Shown: positions 30,998 to 40,496 of the stretch, piece by piece | Numbering within the stretch: the stretch's first letter is position 1 | How the letters are laid out: each line of letters opens with the position of its first letter | Assembly (NCBI GenBank): GCA_041690395.1 | Contig: JAWLHJ010000002.1 | Location: forward strand, 128,001 to 192,000 | Source of the DNA: Longimicrobiales bacterium | Lineage (GTDB): Bacteria; Gemmatimonadota; Gemmatimonadetes; Longimicrobiales; Gaopeijiaceae | DNA: 64,000 bases | Direction of reading: 5' to 3' | Position numbers and translations under genes: made by a program | Notes under the pieces: generated by a model | What the model saw: the letters and a program-made list of their open reading frames with translations, nothing else | Database searches by the model: none | Told to the model about the DNA's origin: nothing

Positions 30998-31855
30998 TCA
31001 ACGTCCTCCTGCTCTCGTCAGACGGATCTCTCCGTCGAACACCTCCACCACGACGTCGGCGTCGCCTCCTCCCACGGTGAAGTCGAACGCCCGGCCGCTC
31101 GTGAATCCGGACACCACCACGGGAAAGTCGGACTCGAAGTCCCCGTGGAACGTCGAAACCCGGACCCGGGCGCTGAGATCGGCCGGCAGCGCCAGGAGCG
31201 CGTCACCGCTGTGGAGGTAGAACCGGTAGGTCCCGCCGCTCTGTATCACGCCGGCGAAATCGATGTCACCGGATTGCGTCTCGGCCTTCACGGAGGCGGA
31301 CACCGCGTCGACGATCCTGATGTCACCGTCGAGCGTGCTCGCCTCCACGCTCCCCCGAGGGGCCAGCACCGTGATGTCGTCCGCGTGGGACGACAGTACG
31401 ACCGGCCCAAGTGTCCCTTCGGTCACGATCTCGCCCTCGATGGTCGTCGCCCGGAGCTCGCCGGCCGTCCCCTCCACCCGCAGGTCACCATCGACCGTGC
31501 CCACCGTCACCGCGCCCTCACCCCCGCGCACCGACACGTCGAGGTCGATGCCGTCGACCCGGATGTCCGCCCACTCGGGGACCCGGAGCGACACGTCCAT
31601 CGGACGCCGCCCCCCGTCGCGAGCCTCGGCCGTGACCACCACCCGTCCGTCGGACCGCCGTACGGCCACCCGGTCGGTGCGGCGCCCGGTCGTCACGCCC
31701 AGTTCCGTTCCGGCCACGGCTTCGATGGACAGGGCTCCACTGAGTCCGGTCACGACCACGTGGTCGCCCCTTTGGAGCTGCACGACCGTGTCGGTCGCGG
31801 CGTCAGGCGCGACCGCGCTCGCGAGCGCGGCCAGCAGAAGGAGCGCGCTCGTCAC
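30998..31855 (-). CDS. secreted DUF4097-like beta-strand repeat protein
   Basis: signal peptide; TxxG[DE] repeats (TVDGD, TIEGE, TLDGD, TQSGD, TFHGD). Confidence 0.78.
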   Translation of the reverse strand: MTSALLLLAALASAVAPDAATDTVVQLQRGDHVVVTGLSGALSIEAVAGTELGVTTGRRTDRVAVRRSDGRVVVTAEARDGGRRPMDVSLRVPEWADIRVDGIDLDVSVRGGEGAVTVGTVDGDLRVEGTAGELRATTIEGEIVTEGTLGPVVLSSHADDITVLAPRGSVEASTLDGDIRIVDAVSASVKAETQSGDIDFAGVIQSGGTYRFYLHSGDALLALPADLSARVRVSTFHGDFESDFPVVVSGFTSGRAFDFTVGGGDADVVVEVFDGEIRLTRAGGR

Positions 31856-32631
31856 CCGGCGCGCTCCACGATGCTCGCGATCTCCCGGAGGTACTCGAGC
31901 TTCCGCTCGTAGGTGCGCTCGAGGTGGTCGCGAACGAAGTCGTTCTCGGGGTCCAGCGCGAGGGCGCGATACGAGTCCTCGATGGCACGCTCGATGAGCA
32001 GGAGATTCCGCTCGAGGACGTGCACCGTGCCCGGCTCGAGCCGCTCACGGCTCTCCGCGATCACCGACTCCAGTCGCTCCAGCTCGTTGGCGAGCGCATC
32101 GGAGACGGGTCCGTCGGGGTCGGCGGCGACCGCGCGCACCGACGCCGACGAGCGCGGCGCATCGTTCCCCGCGATGCCCGGCGCGTCACTCACGACGCCT
32201 CTTCCCCACCAGGCCAAAGAAGCGGAGATCGCGATCAGCACCACGGCGGCCGCGGCCAACAGCGGGGATGACGGGAGTCGGCCCGTGCCGACGCCCACTG
32301 CGCCGCCCGTACCCTGCCCGGGGCGCCCGGGGGCCAGCGGCACGACATCCGGGGTACCACTCGTCTCCGAGCCCCCGGCGTCGCCCCCCGATCCGCCTGC
32401 CTCGGGCCCGATCCGGTCGAGGATCGCCGGCCACAGGTCGGTGGGCGGCTCGATCGGTCCGAGCGCGCGGGCTTCCGCGGCCACCCGCAGGAGGTCCGCC
32501 CGCACCTCCCGGCACACCGCGCACGCCTCGAGATGGCGCTCCAGGGCCTCCCGCTCGGACCCCGTCAGACCCCCGTCGACGTGGTCGGACAGGCGCTCGA
32601 GGCTCCACTCGTGCAGTTCTCGCTCGTTCAT
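31852..32631 (-). CDS. zf-HC2 (ZAS) membrane anti-sigma factor
   Basis: HLEACAVC (HxxxCxxC), single TM; overlaps the sigma gene stop. Confidence 0.85.
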   Translation of the reverse strand: MNERELHEWSLERLSDHVDGGLTGSEREALERHLEACAVCREVRADLLRVAAEARALGPIEPPTDLWPAILDRIGPEAGGSGGDAGGSETSGTPDVVPLAPGRPGQGTGGAVGVGTGRLPSSPLLAAAAVVLIAISASLAWWGRGVVSDAPGIAGNDAPRSSASVRAVAADPDGPVSDALANELERLESVIAESRERLEPGTVHVLERNLLLIERAIEDSYRALALDPENDFVRDHLERTYERKLEYLREIASIVERAG

Positions 32632-33194
32632 CGCTCGAGGTACTCCCGCATCAGCATGCGCGCCCTGTGCAGCTGGGACTTCGACGTCCCGACGGTCACG
32701 TTCATCAGATTCGCGATCTCCTCGTGGCTATAGCCTTCGACGTCGTACAGCACGAACACCTCCCGCGCCCGCGTCGGCAACGTACGCACGGCCGACTCCA
32801 GATCGAGGCGAGTCCCCGGCCGCGCCGCCCGCGGCGCGGCCGCCAATCCGACGACGTCGTCTCCTGCGACCTCGCGACCCTGACGACTCCGGAGCGAGGT
32901 GCGCCGGGTCAGGATCAGATTCACCGCCAACCGGTGCAACCAGGTTCCGAAGCGCGCCTGCCCCCGGAACGTCGCCAGCTTGCTCCATGCCCGGATGAAG
33001 ACCTCCTGTGTCAGGTCGTCCGCCCATTCCCGGTCGACGAGACGGACGGCGAGCGCGTACACGCGCGCCACGTGGGCACGATATAGCCGCTCGAACGCCT
33101 CCGTGTCTCCGGCCACCGCGAGCCGCACGTCGTCATCTTCCCGCTCCGCCCCCGCTGTCCCGCCCACGGGCCTCCCGCGATGGTCGTCGTCCAT
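32628..33194 (-). CDS. ECF RNA polymerase sigma factor
   Basis: DLTQEVF, FGTWLHRLAVN, EGYSHEEIA, GTSKSQLHRAR. Confidence 0.93.
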   Translation of the reverse strand: MDDDHRGRPVGGTAGAEREDDDVRLAVAGDTEAFERLYRAHVARVYALAVRLVDREWADDLTQEVFIRAWSKLATFRGQARFGTWLHRLAVNLILTRRTSLRSRQGREVAGDDVVGLAAAPRAARPGTRLDLESAVRTLPTRAREVFVLYDVEGYSHEEIANLMNVTVGTSKSQLHRARMLMREYLER

Positions 33195-33216
33195 GGTCGT
33201 CGATCGCTCACCCGGG

Positions 33217-33245
33217 TGAGACAATCCGAATCCTCGCCGGGTTGG
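33217..33245 (-). promoter_or_regulatory. putative ECF autoregulatory promoter
   Basis: CAACC-N17-GTCTCA upstream of the sigma gene. Confidence 0.4.
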
Positions 33246-33328
33246 AATCCGTAGTCGGGGTCGTTGCGCCGTCGAGGCACGTGGCGCACCATGACCGCTG
33301 ACGAATCACCCCAGCCCCATTCATCATC

Positions 33329-33661
33329 ATGCAAGTCCTCCCCATTGACGTTACCGGTCTCGTCGCGGTCATCCTCGGGACCTCGATCGTCCTGATTCCC
33401 GTCATCGGCATCACCGCCCGCTTCGCCCTCAAGCCCACTGCGGAAGCGTTCGCCCGCTTCTTCGACCATCAGGGCCTCGGCGACACGGTCCGCGTGCTCG
33501 AGCGTCGCATCGACTTCCAGGAGCACCAGATCGAGGCGCTCGAGAGCAGACTCCGCCAGCTCAGCGAGGGGAGCGAGTTCGACCGCAAGCTCCTCGAGTC
33601 CCGGCAGAAGCCCACGACGTCGGACGAGCCCTCCACTCCGCCCCCTACGGAGCTCGGGTAG
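33329..33661 (+). CDS. small membrane protein (TM plus coiled coil)
   Basis: hydrophobic N-terminus, heptad-like C-terminal region, host-like codon usage. Confidence 0.72.
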   Translation: MQVLPIDVTGLVAVILGTSIVLIPVIGITARFALKPTAEAFARFFDHQGLGDTVRVLERRIDFQEHQIEALESRLRQLSEGSEFDRKLLESRQKPTTSDEPSTPPPTELG

Positions 33662-33678
33662 CTCCGGGTTCAGGAAGC

Positions 33679-34449
33679 GTGAGGATGGACCGGTTCTCGA
33701 TCGACGGCCCCGCCGAGATCATCGCTCACCGCGGCTTCAGCGCGGCGGCCCCCGAGAACACGCTCGCAGCCCTGCGGGCGGCCATCGACGCGGGGGCCGA
33801 CGCGCTCGAGTTCGACCTGCAGGTGACCGCCGACGGTGAGCCGGTGCTCTTCCACGACGACACGCTCGGTCGCACGACCGACGCGGAGGGGGACATCCGC
33901 GCGTGGTCGGCGGCGGAGCTCGCGGAGGTCGACGCCGGGTCCTGGTTCGCCGACGGGTTTCGTGGCGAGCCGGTTCCACCTTTGGCGCGCGCGCTCGAGC
34001 TCGCCTCCGGATGGCACGGACGTCTCTACCCAGAGCTCAAGGGCGTCTCGACGCCCGAGGAGGTGGACCGCATCGTCGACGAAGTCGTCCGCCACGGACT
34101 GCTCGCGCGTACGGTCTTCATCGCGATGGACTGGTCGCTGCTGGACCGGGTCCGGGCGCACGAGCCGGATGCGGCGGTGGGCTACATCGTGAAGAACGCC
34201 CGCCAGTTCGAGGACGGGATCTCCCGGGCCGGGGGAGATCCGCTCGCGTTGCTGGATTTCGAGAAGTCGGTTCCCGTGCGCGACCGCGACGGCGCGGCCC
34301 GTGCTCGCGCCCTCCGGATTCCGATGGCCGCGTGGACCGTCGACGATCCGCGGGACGCGGATCGTCTCCTGGAGGTCGGGGTGACGCGCATCACGACCAA
34401 CCGTGTCGACCGCATGCTCGAGTGGCGCGCCGGGCTCAGCCTCCGCTGA
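33679..34449 (+). CDS. glycerophosphodiester phosphodiesterase family protein
   Basis: IAHRG, PENT, EFD, HD, ELK, WTVD, ITTN. Confidence 0.9.
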   Translation: MRMDRFSIDGPAEIIAHRGFSAAAPENTLAALRAAIDAGADALEFDLQVTADGEPVLFHDDTLGRTTDAEGDIRAWSAAELAEVDAGSWFADGFRGEPVPPLARALELASGWHGRLYPELKGVSTPEEVDRIVDEVVRHGLLARTVFIAMDWSLLDRVRAHEPDAAVGYIVKNARQFEDGISRAGGDPLALLDFEKSVPVRDRDGAARARALRIPMAAWTVDDPRDADRLLEVGVTRITTNRVDRMLEWRAGLSLR

Positions 34450-36037
34450 CGGCCCCCACCGAGGCACGCGCACGGTCCCGCAGCACCTTCTTGTCGAATT
34501 TCCCGGTCGCCGTGCGCGGAATCTCGTCGACGAAGACGACGCGGTCGGGAAGCCACCAACGGGGGAAGAGGTCGGTCAGCGGCGCGAGCAGGGCGTCCGG
34601 GTCGCGCGCCGCTCCCTCTCGCGTCACGACGTAGGCCCAGGGCCGTTCGTGCCAACGGGGGTCAGGGACGGCGACCACACACGCCTCCTCCACCCCGGGG
34701 TGGTCCATGAGGGCATGCTCGAGCCGGACGCTGGAGATCCACTCGCCGCCGCTGCGGATCAGATCCTTGGTGCGGTCCACCAGGCGGAAGTACCCGTCCC
34801 GGTCGCGCGTCGCGACGTCGCCGGTGCGCAGCCACCCGTCGCGGAACGAGTCCGTCGACTCGCGCCGGTAGTACCCGGCGGTGACCCAGGGTCCTCTCAC
34901 CTCCAACTCACCCGGGGTCTCCCCGTCGTGCGGCACGTCGGCCCCGTCTTCCGCGACCAGGCGCGCCTCGACGAACGGCAGGGGCGTTCCCTGGCTCGTC
35001 CGGACAGGAAGCAGATCCGCGTCGGACCAGCCGGCCATCGATGCCCTGGGATGTGTCACCATGCCGACCGGCGTCAGCTCGGTCATCCCCCACCCGGTCA
35101 CGATCTCCACCCCGAGCTCTCGTCGATACGCCTCGATGAGCGCCGGAGGGGAGGGGGCGCCTCCCGCGTGGATCCTGAGTTCCGGATGGAGTGTACGCGG
35201 TCTCGCCCGGAGTTCGGCCAGCACGGCCATCCACACCGTGGGCACGCCCGCCGCGAAGGTGACCCCCTCTTCCGCGAGCAGCTCCACCAGCCTCGCCGCG
35301 TCCGGGCGAACGCCCGGCAGGACCAGACCGGCGCCGGTCATCGCCGCGGCGTGGGGCAGTCCCCAGGCGTTGGCGTGGAACATCGGGACGGCGGGGAGCA
35401 CGACGTCGCGCTCGGAGATCCCGAACCCGTCCGGGAGGCAGATGGCCAGGGTGTGGAGGGCGATCGCTCGGTGCGTGTAGGCCACGCCCTTGGGCTCGCC
35501 GGTGGTACCCGACGTGTAGCACAGAGCCGCGTCGGCGTTCTCGTCGACCGGGGCCCAGGTGGCGGGCGAGGCGGCCGCGACGCGCTCGTCGAACGAATCC
35601 CATCCGGGGGGCGCGAGGTCCCGCCCGGACAGACACAGGAAACGCTCCACGCCGGCCGCCTCCAGGGACCCTCGGTCCGCGGTCCGTGCTTCCTCAGGAT
35701 CGGCGAGAAGCACCCGGGCTCCCGCGTGGCGGACGATCTCCGAGATCTGCGCGGGCGCGAGGCGGACGTTGACCGTGTGCAGCACGGCGCCCATGGCCGG
35801 AACCGCGAAGTAGAGTTCCAGGTGGCGGTGCCCGTTCCAGGCGAGCGTGGCGACGCGATCTCCCTCCCCGACGCCCAGCTCGCGCAGCGCGGCCGAGACC
35901 GACCGTGCGTCGAGGGCGACGCGCGACCAACTCCTCCGATCGGGCGGGTCCGCACCGGTCGTAACGACCTCACGCTCGCCGAACAGCGCCGCCGCCCGCT
36001 CGATGAAGTGGGTCGGAGACAACGGATAGCGCATCAT
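34436..36037 (-). CDS. fatty-acid--CoA ligase (AlkK-like)
   Basis: YTSGTTGEPKG, PMFHANAWG, GWGMTE, TGD, KDLIRSGGEWISS, GKFDKK. Confidence 0.9.
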   Translation of the reverse strand: MMRYPLSPTHFIERAAALFGEREVVTTGADPPDRRSWSRVALDARSVSAALRELGVGEGDRVATLAWNGHRHLELYFAVPAMGAVLHTVNVRLAPAQISEIVRHAGARVLLADPEEARTADRGSLEAAGVERFLCLSGRDLAPPGWDSFDERVAAASPATWAPVDENADAALCYTSGTTGEPKGVAYTHRAIALHTLAICLPDGFGISERDVVLPAVPMFHANAWGLPHAAAMTGAGLVLPGVRPDAARLVELLAEEGVTFAAGVPTVWMAVLAELRARPRTLHPELRIHAGGAPSPPALIEAYRRELGVEIVTGWGMTELTPVGMVTHPRASMAGWSDADLLPVRTSQGTPLPFVEARLVAEDGADVPHDGETPGELEVRGPWVTAGYYRRESTDSFRDGWLRTGDVATRDRDGYFRLVDRTKDLIRSGGEWISSVRLEHALMDHPGVEEACVVAVPDPRWHERPWAYVVTREGAARDPDALLAPLTDLFPRWWLPDRVVFVDEIPRTATGKFDKKVLRDRARASVGAVSGG

Positions 36038-37857
36038 GCGTGCGCTTCCTTCACACCCTCCCGGGCCGAGGCAGGAAAGAGCAGCGTGAAGGTCGTTCCC
36101 TTCCCCACCTCCGACGTCACCTGAACCTCCCCGCCATGCGCGTCCACCACCCCTTTCACGATAGTGAGCCCGAGCCCCACCGATCCCCGAGCCGACTCCT
36201 CCTTCTGCCAGTAGCGGTCGAACACGTGGTCGAGCGCCTCCGGCGGGATCCCCGGGCCCGTGTCGGAGACCCTGATGGCCACGCGCCCGTCGAGGCTGCG
36301 GGCGGACAGCGTCACGACCCCACCCTCCGGCGTCAGTCGCACCGCGTTGTCGAGGAGATTCGCGAGCGCCTGGAGGAGGCGATCCCGGTCCAGCCGCGCG
36401 TGGGGTCCGGTCTCCGGAACATCGAGGACGAGCCGAATCCGCTTCGACTCGGCCTGCTCACGGAAGAGGTCCACAACCTCCACGAGCACATCCGGCACGT
36501 GCTCGAGCGCTCTTCGCACGACCAGAAGACCGTCCTGGATCCTCGCCACGTCGAGGAGGTCCTCGATGAGACGGCTCATGCGGTGGGCGGCACGCCCGAT
36601 GATCTCGGCCTGACGCTTCCGTCCCTCGTCGTCCAGGGGAAGCTCCAGCAGGATGTCGGTCGCGCCGAACACCACGCCGAGCGGATTCCGCAGATCGTGG
36701 GAGACCACGGAGACCACGTCCTCCCGCTGACGGATCGCCTCCCTGAGCGCACGCTCCGTGCGCTGCACTTCGGTCATGTCGGTGAAGGTGAGGACGGAGC
36801 CGCGGAGCTCGGTTCCGTCGATGAGCGGCCGCTGGGCCCACTTGACCGGGAGGGCCGTGCCGTCGCGGCGCCAGAGGACATCCACGCCGTGGGAGTCGTT
36901 GGCCTCCCCGGCGGAGAGCCCGGCGAGCACCCGTGACTCCGACCGCTCCCGGGGGGAGCCATCGGGTCGGCTGTGGTGCAGGGTTTCGTGGAAGTCCTTG
37001 CCGACGATGTCCCGCTCCGGGTATCCGAGGAGATCGACGCCCGCGCGGTTCAGCGACAGGCAGTGTCCCTCGAGATCGATGCCGAGTACCCCGTCGCCCG
37101 TGGCCTCGAGGATCGCGTCGATGTCGCGACGGGCACGCACGGCGTCGCGATGGCGCACCTGCGCCTCGCGGGTGAGCCCCTTCAGCCGCAGGCCGACCCG
37201 TCCGACCAGGAGGGTCGCGCCGAGGGCGAGAGCGGCGAGCACCACGCTGAGCCGGCCCTGAAGCGTCCGGGCTTGGTCCATACGACCGCGACCGGCGAGC
37301 ATCTCGCGTTGGATCGCGGCGTCGAGCAGGTCCGTGCGACGCTGGATCTCGGCGTAATCCGTCCGGCTCCTCTCGAGCGCCGCGACCCGGGCGACGGGAT
37401 CCTCCGCGAGGAGAACCCGTTGGTTGTCGAGGTGCCAGCGAGTGGTCGCTGCGGATACCTGAGCCAGCCGCTCCCGGACGCCGGGGGTCTGGGGGTTGTC
37501 CGGATCCACGTCCAGGCTCAAGTCGGCCGACAGATCGCGTAGACGAGCGAATACGCTGTCGCTCTCCGAGATCGCTCCCACGTAGGAGCGACGGAACGAC
37601 GGATCCCCGGAGAGGACGAACCCCTCGAACCTCGCCATCTGCCTCGAGTTCAGGAGCGACAGCCGTGACCCGAGATTGCTCGCGGGCTGGAGGACGTCGT
37701 TGATGTGATTCTGCGCGTCCACCACGCGGTTGCCCATGTACCACGGGAGCACGGCGAGCGCCACGAGCGCCGCGGCCACGAGCCAGAGCGCCCGGAGGCC
37801 CCGTGCACGCACCTCCAGGTCGTCGTCACGATCTCCGGACCCGCGTCTCATGACCAT
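36034..37857 (-). CDS. membrane PAS sensor histidine kinase
   Basis: two TMs, PAS region, SHDLRNPL H-box, N box, DTGPGI, GLGL. Confidence 0.92.
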   Translation of the reverse strand: MVMRRGSGDRDDDLEVRARGLRALWLVAAALVALAVLPWYMGNRVVDAQNHINDVLQPASNLGSRLSLLNSRQMARFEGFVLSGDPSFRRSYVGAISESDSVFARLRDLSADLSLDVDPDNPQTPGVRERLAQVSAATTRWHLDNQRVLLAEDPVARVAALERSRTDYAEIQRRTDLLDAAIQREMLAGRGRMDQARTLQGRLSVVLAALALGATLLVGRVGLRLKGLTREAQVRHRDAVRARRDIDAILEATGDGVLGIDLEGHCLSLNRAGVDLLGYPERDIVGKDFHETLHHSRPDGSPRERSESRVLAGLSAGEANDSHGVDVLWRRDGTALPVKWAQRPLIDGTELRGSVLTFTDMTEVQRTERALREAIRQREDVVSVVSHDLRNPLGVVFGATDILLELPLDDEGRKRQAEIIGRAAHRMSRLIEDLLDVARIQDGLLVVRRALEHVPDVLVEVVDLFREQAESKRIRLVLDVPETGPHARLDRDRLLQALANLLDNAVRLTPEGGVVTLSARSLDGRVAIRVSDTGPGIPPEALDHVFDRYWQKEESARGSVGLGLTIVKGVVDAHGGEVQVTSEVGKGTTFTLLFPASAREGVKEAHA

Positions 37858-37943
37858 CGCTCACGACACCGCGCGTCCGGCTTCACGACACCGGAGACCC
37901 GAGGACCCTTCCCGAGCTCGAGGAGCCGAAGAGGGCGCCGAGG

Positions 37944-38408
37944 TCAGCGAGACCCGATCGTGCCGAGATCGACATCGCCGAGCGCGTCGACGTCCCACGC
38001 ACTCCCCGTACCGGTCGGGAAGCCGTTCAGCGTGAGCAGATATGCGACGATCTCCACGTACCGCTCCTGGGGCAGACTATTCGGCGCGTCCTCCGGCATC
38101 GTGGCGGACATGAGGTCGAACAGGTCACGTGCCGTGCGGTTGCGCCAACGCGTCTGGAACGCCGTGTCGTTGAACTCGTTCGAGGAGTGGCACGCCGTGC
38201 ACGACGCGAGGAACGCGTTCTCGCCCTGCTGAGCCTGCTGCGCCGGGACAGCGGTCGCCGATGGAGCGGGCGCCGCCGCGGCAGCCGGACGCCGATCGAC
38301 GGGTGCCGGAGGCGCAGCGGCCGTTCCCGTTGCCGGGGACGATCCAGAGGAGCAGGCCACCAGGGCCATCACGGGCAGAACGGAGAGCAACAGCTTGTAA
38401 GTGCGCAT
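37944..38408 (-). CDS. monoheme cytochrome c lipoprotein
   Basis: LVAC lipobox, Pro/Ala linker, CTACH, distal TMP. Confidence 0.85.
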   Translation of the reverse strand: MRTYKLLLSVLPVMALVACSSGSSPATGTAAAPPAPVDRRPAAAAAPAPSATAVPAQQAQQGENAFLASCTACHSSNEFNDTAFQTRWRNRTARDLFDLMSATMPEDAPNSLPQERYVEIVAYLLTLNGFPTGTGSAWDVDALGDVDLGTIGSR

Positions 38409-38469
38409 GGAGCCGTGGGACGAGGGTGGTCGGGTACCGCTGGGCGGATCGAAGCCTAACATGGTCGGT

Positions 38470-39642
38470 TCAGGACGGACCGTGCAAGCGCGGCGCCAAC
38501 GACTGGACCAGGTCGGCGAGTCTGCGGAAGCGACCCGGATCGTCCACGTCGATGACCGGGCAATCGGCCTCGAAAGTCGGATCATCGGTGAGCACGGCGA
38601 GATAGCGGCGCGGGTGCCCGACGGCCGGGTCACCGAGCAGCGGGCGCTCGTGCGTCGCGATCCGGAAGACCTCGATGCACGGGTAAGTCGTCTTCTTGAA
38701 CCCCTCCGCGACGATGACGTCCGCGTCTTCCGCGAAGCGATGCACCAGGGTCTCGAGAGCCGGCTCGACGCCGTCGTCGGCCGGACCCCACCGACCCATC
38801 ACGGCGAATCCGTCCGGTCCCGCCATCACCACGCGGGCCGCGCCCCCCTCGTGCCGATGTCTCCAGGAGTCGGTCCCCTCGTGATCGAGCTCGAAGCCGT
38901 GGCCGTGCTTCACGGTCACCACCTCGTGGCCGCGTGCCACGAGCTCGCGGACGAGACCGACCACGGTCGTGGTCTTGCCGGACTTCTTCTTCCCGATCAC
39001 GCAGACGACCGTCGGGCCGCCCGCGAGCCCCCCGGCGGGACCTTCCCGCCCGGCCCGGTCGGCACGAGCGAGGTCCGCGGGGGTGTTCACGTTCAGCAGC
39101 GCCGGCGCCCCGTCCATCTCGACCACTTTCCCGCCGACATGCTCGAAGAGCGCATAAGCCCCCCGCTCACCTTCATCCAGCAAGCGAGCCGTCACGTCAC
39201 CGCAGGACACCCGGTACAGGGCGCAGAGCGGTTCGAAGCCCGGTGGGCCGTCACGCCGCGGGGCGGCGGCAGCCGCGTCGCCAACCGTGCCCACAATCGC
39301 GCGGACCACCGAGGCGTCCACCGTGGGCAGGTCGCAGGCGAGCACGAAGACGGCGGCGGCGCCCACGCCCTCCGCATGGCGCAGGGCCGCCTCGATCCCC
39401 GCGAGCGGTCCCTGGTCCTGACGGAGATCCGGAATTCGGGCGATCCCGTCCACCTCGTGCTCCGGTCGGGACGAGACCACCACCACCACGTCGCATACGG
39501 AGCGCAGTGTACCCGCGGCTCGATCGAGGAGTCGCTCGCCATCGAGCCTCGCGAGGCCCTTGTCGCGCCCGAAGCGGGAGCTCCGGCCACCGGCGAGCAC
39601 GGCTCCGAGGATGGGACCGTCACGTCCTTCGGCGGTTGTCAC
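38470..39642 (-). CDS. mobAB: MobA-MobB fusion (Mo-cofactor guanylyltransferase plus MobB)
   Basis: LAGGRSSRFG, GPLAG, CDLP, NVNTP, then GKKKSGKTT, VKH, EGFK. Confidence 0.88.
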   Translation of the reverse strand: MTTAEGRDGPILGAVLAGGRSSRFGRDKGLARLDGERLLDRAAGTLRSVCDVVVVVSSRPEHEVDGIARIPDLRQDQGPLAGIEAALRHAEGVGAAAVFVLACDLPTVDASVVRAIVGTVGDAAAAAPRRDGPPGFEPLCALYRVSCGDVTARLLDEGERGAYALFEHVGGKVVEMDGAPALLNVNTPADLARADRAGREGPAGGLAGGPTVVCVIGKKKSGKTTTVVGLVRELVARGHEVVTVKHGHGFELDHEGTDSWRHRHEGGAARVVMAGPDGFAVMGRWGPADDGVEPALETLVHRFAEDADVIVAEGFKKTTYPCIEVFRIATHERPLLGDPAVGHPRRYLAVLTDDPTFEADCPVIDVDDPGRFRRLADLVQSLAPRLHGPS

Positions 39643-40490
39643 GCGACCCGCTCTTCTCCCGTGTACACGTTGAAGCCCCCATCCCGCGCGAAGCCGACGA
39701 GCGTCTGGCCGAAGCGCTTCGCGAGATCCACGGCCAACGTCGAGGGGGCGCCGACCGCGACGAGAGCAGGCACCCCGGCCATGACCGCTTTCTGCACGAG
39801 CTCGAAAGAGGCACGGCCGCTCACTACGAGCAGCGCCTCGGATGCCGGCAGCTCGTGCGCCAGAAAGGCTTCTCCGAGCACTTTGTCCACGGCGTTGTGC
39901 CGGCCCACGTCCTCACGCACGCCGAGGCACTCGCCGGTCGTGTCGAAGAGTCCGGCGGCATGCAGGCCGCCCGTCCGGTCGAACGCGTCCTGGCGCGACC
40001 TCAGGCGGTCGGGGAGCGTGGGCAGCAGGCTCGCTTCGAACATGGGACCCGCCGAGAGAACGCGGCACCCCATCGCGCCGACCGCGTCGAGGGACGCCTT
40101 GCCGCACACGCCGCAGCTCGAGGTCGCGTAGAAGTTCCGGCGCAGGGCGTCCATGTCGAAGGCGACGCCGGGGCGGAGCCGGGCTTCGACGGTGTTGTAC
40201 TCCTGCTCGCCCTCTCCGCTCCTGCAGTACGTGAGCTCGAGGATCTCTTCCGGCATCGTCACGACGCCTTCGCCGTGGAGAAAGCCGGCCACGAGCTCGA
40301 AGTCCTCTCCCGGGGTACGCATCGTGACCGCCAACGGCTCCGTCCGTCGTCGTCCGTCTTCGGTTCGGACCCAGGAGAGGCGGATCTCGAGCGGCTCCTC
40401 GACCACTAGCGTGTCCCGCTCCCGTTCCCGCGCACCGTCACGATATCGGGTGACCCGCAGGCTCCGCGTCGGGCCGCGACTCCCGATCAT
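39639..40490 (-). CDS. fdhD: formate dehydrogenase accessory sulfurtransferase
   Basis: MRTPG, SSCGVCG, TGGLHAA, EDVGRHNAVDK. Confidence 0.95.
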   Translation of the reverse strand: MIGSRGPTRSLRVTRYRDGARERERDTLVVEEPLEIRLSWVRTEDGRRRTEPLAVTMRTPGEDFELVAGFLHGEGVVTMPEEILELTYCRSGEGEQEYNTVEARLRPGVAFDMDALRRNFYATSSCGVCGKASLDAVGAMGCRVLSAGPMFEASLLPTLPDRLRSRQDAFDRTGGLHAAGLFDTTGECLGVREDVGRHNAVDKVLGEAFLAHELPASEALLVVSGRASFELVQKAVMAGVPALVAVGAPSTLAVDLAKRFGQTLVGFARDGGFNVYTGEERVA

Positions 40491-40496
40491 CCCCTC

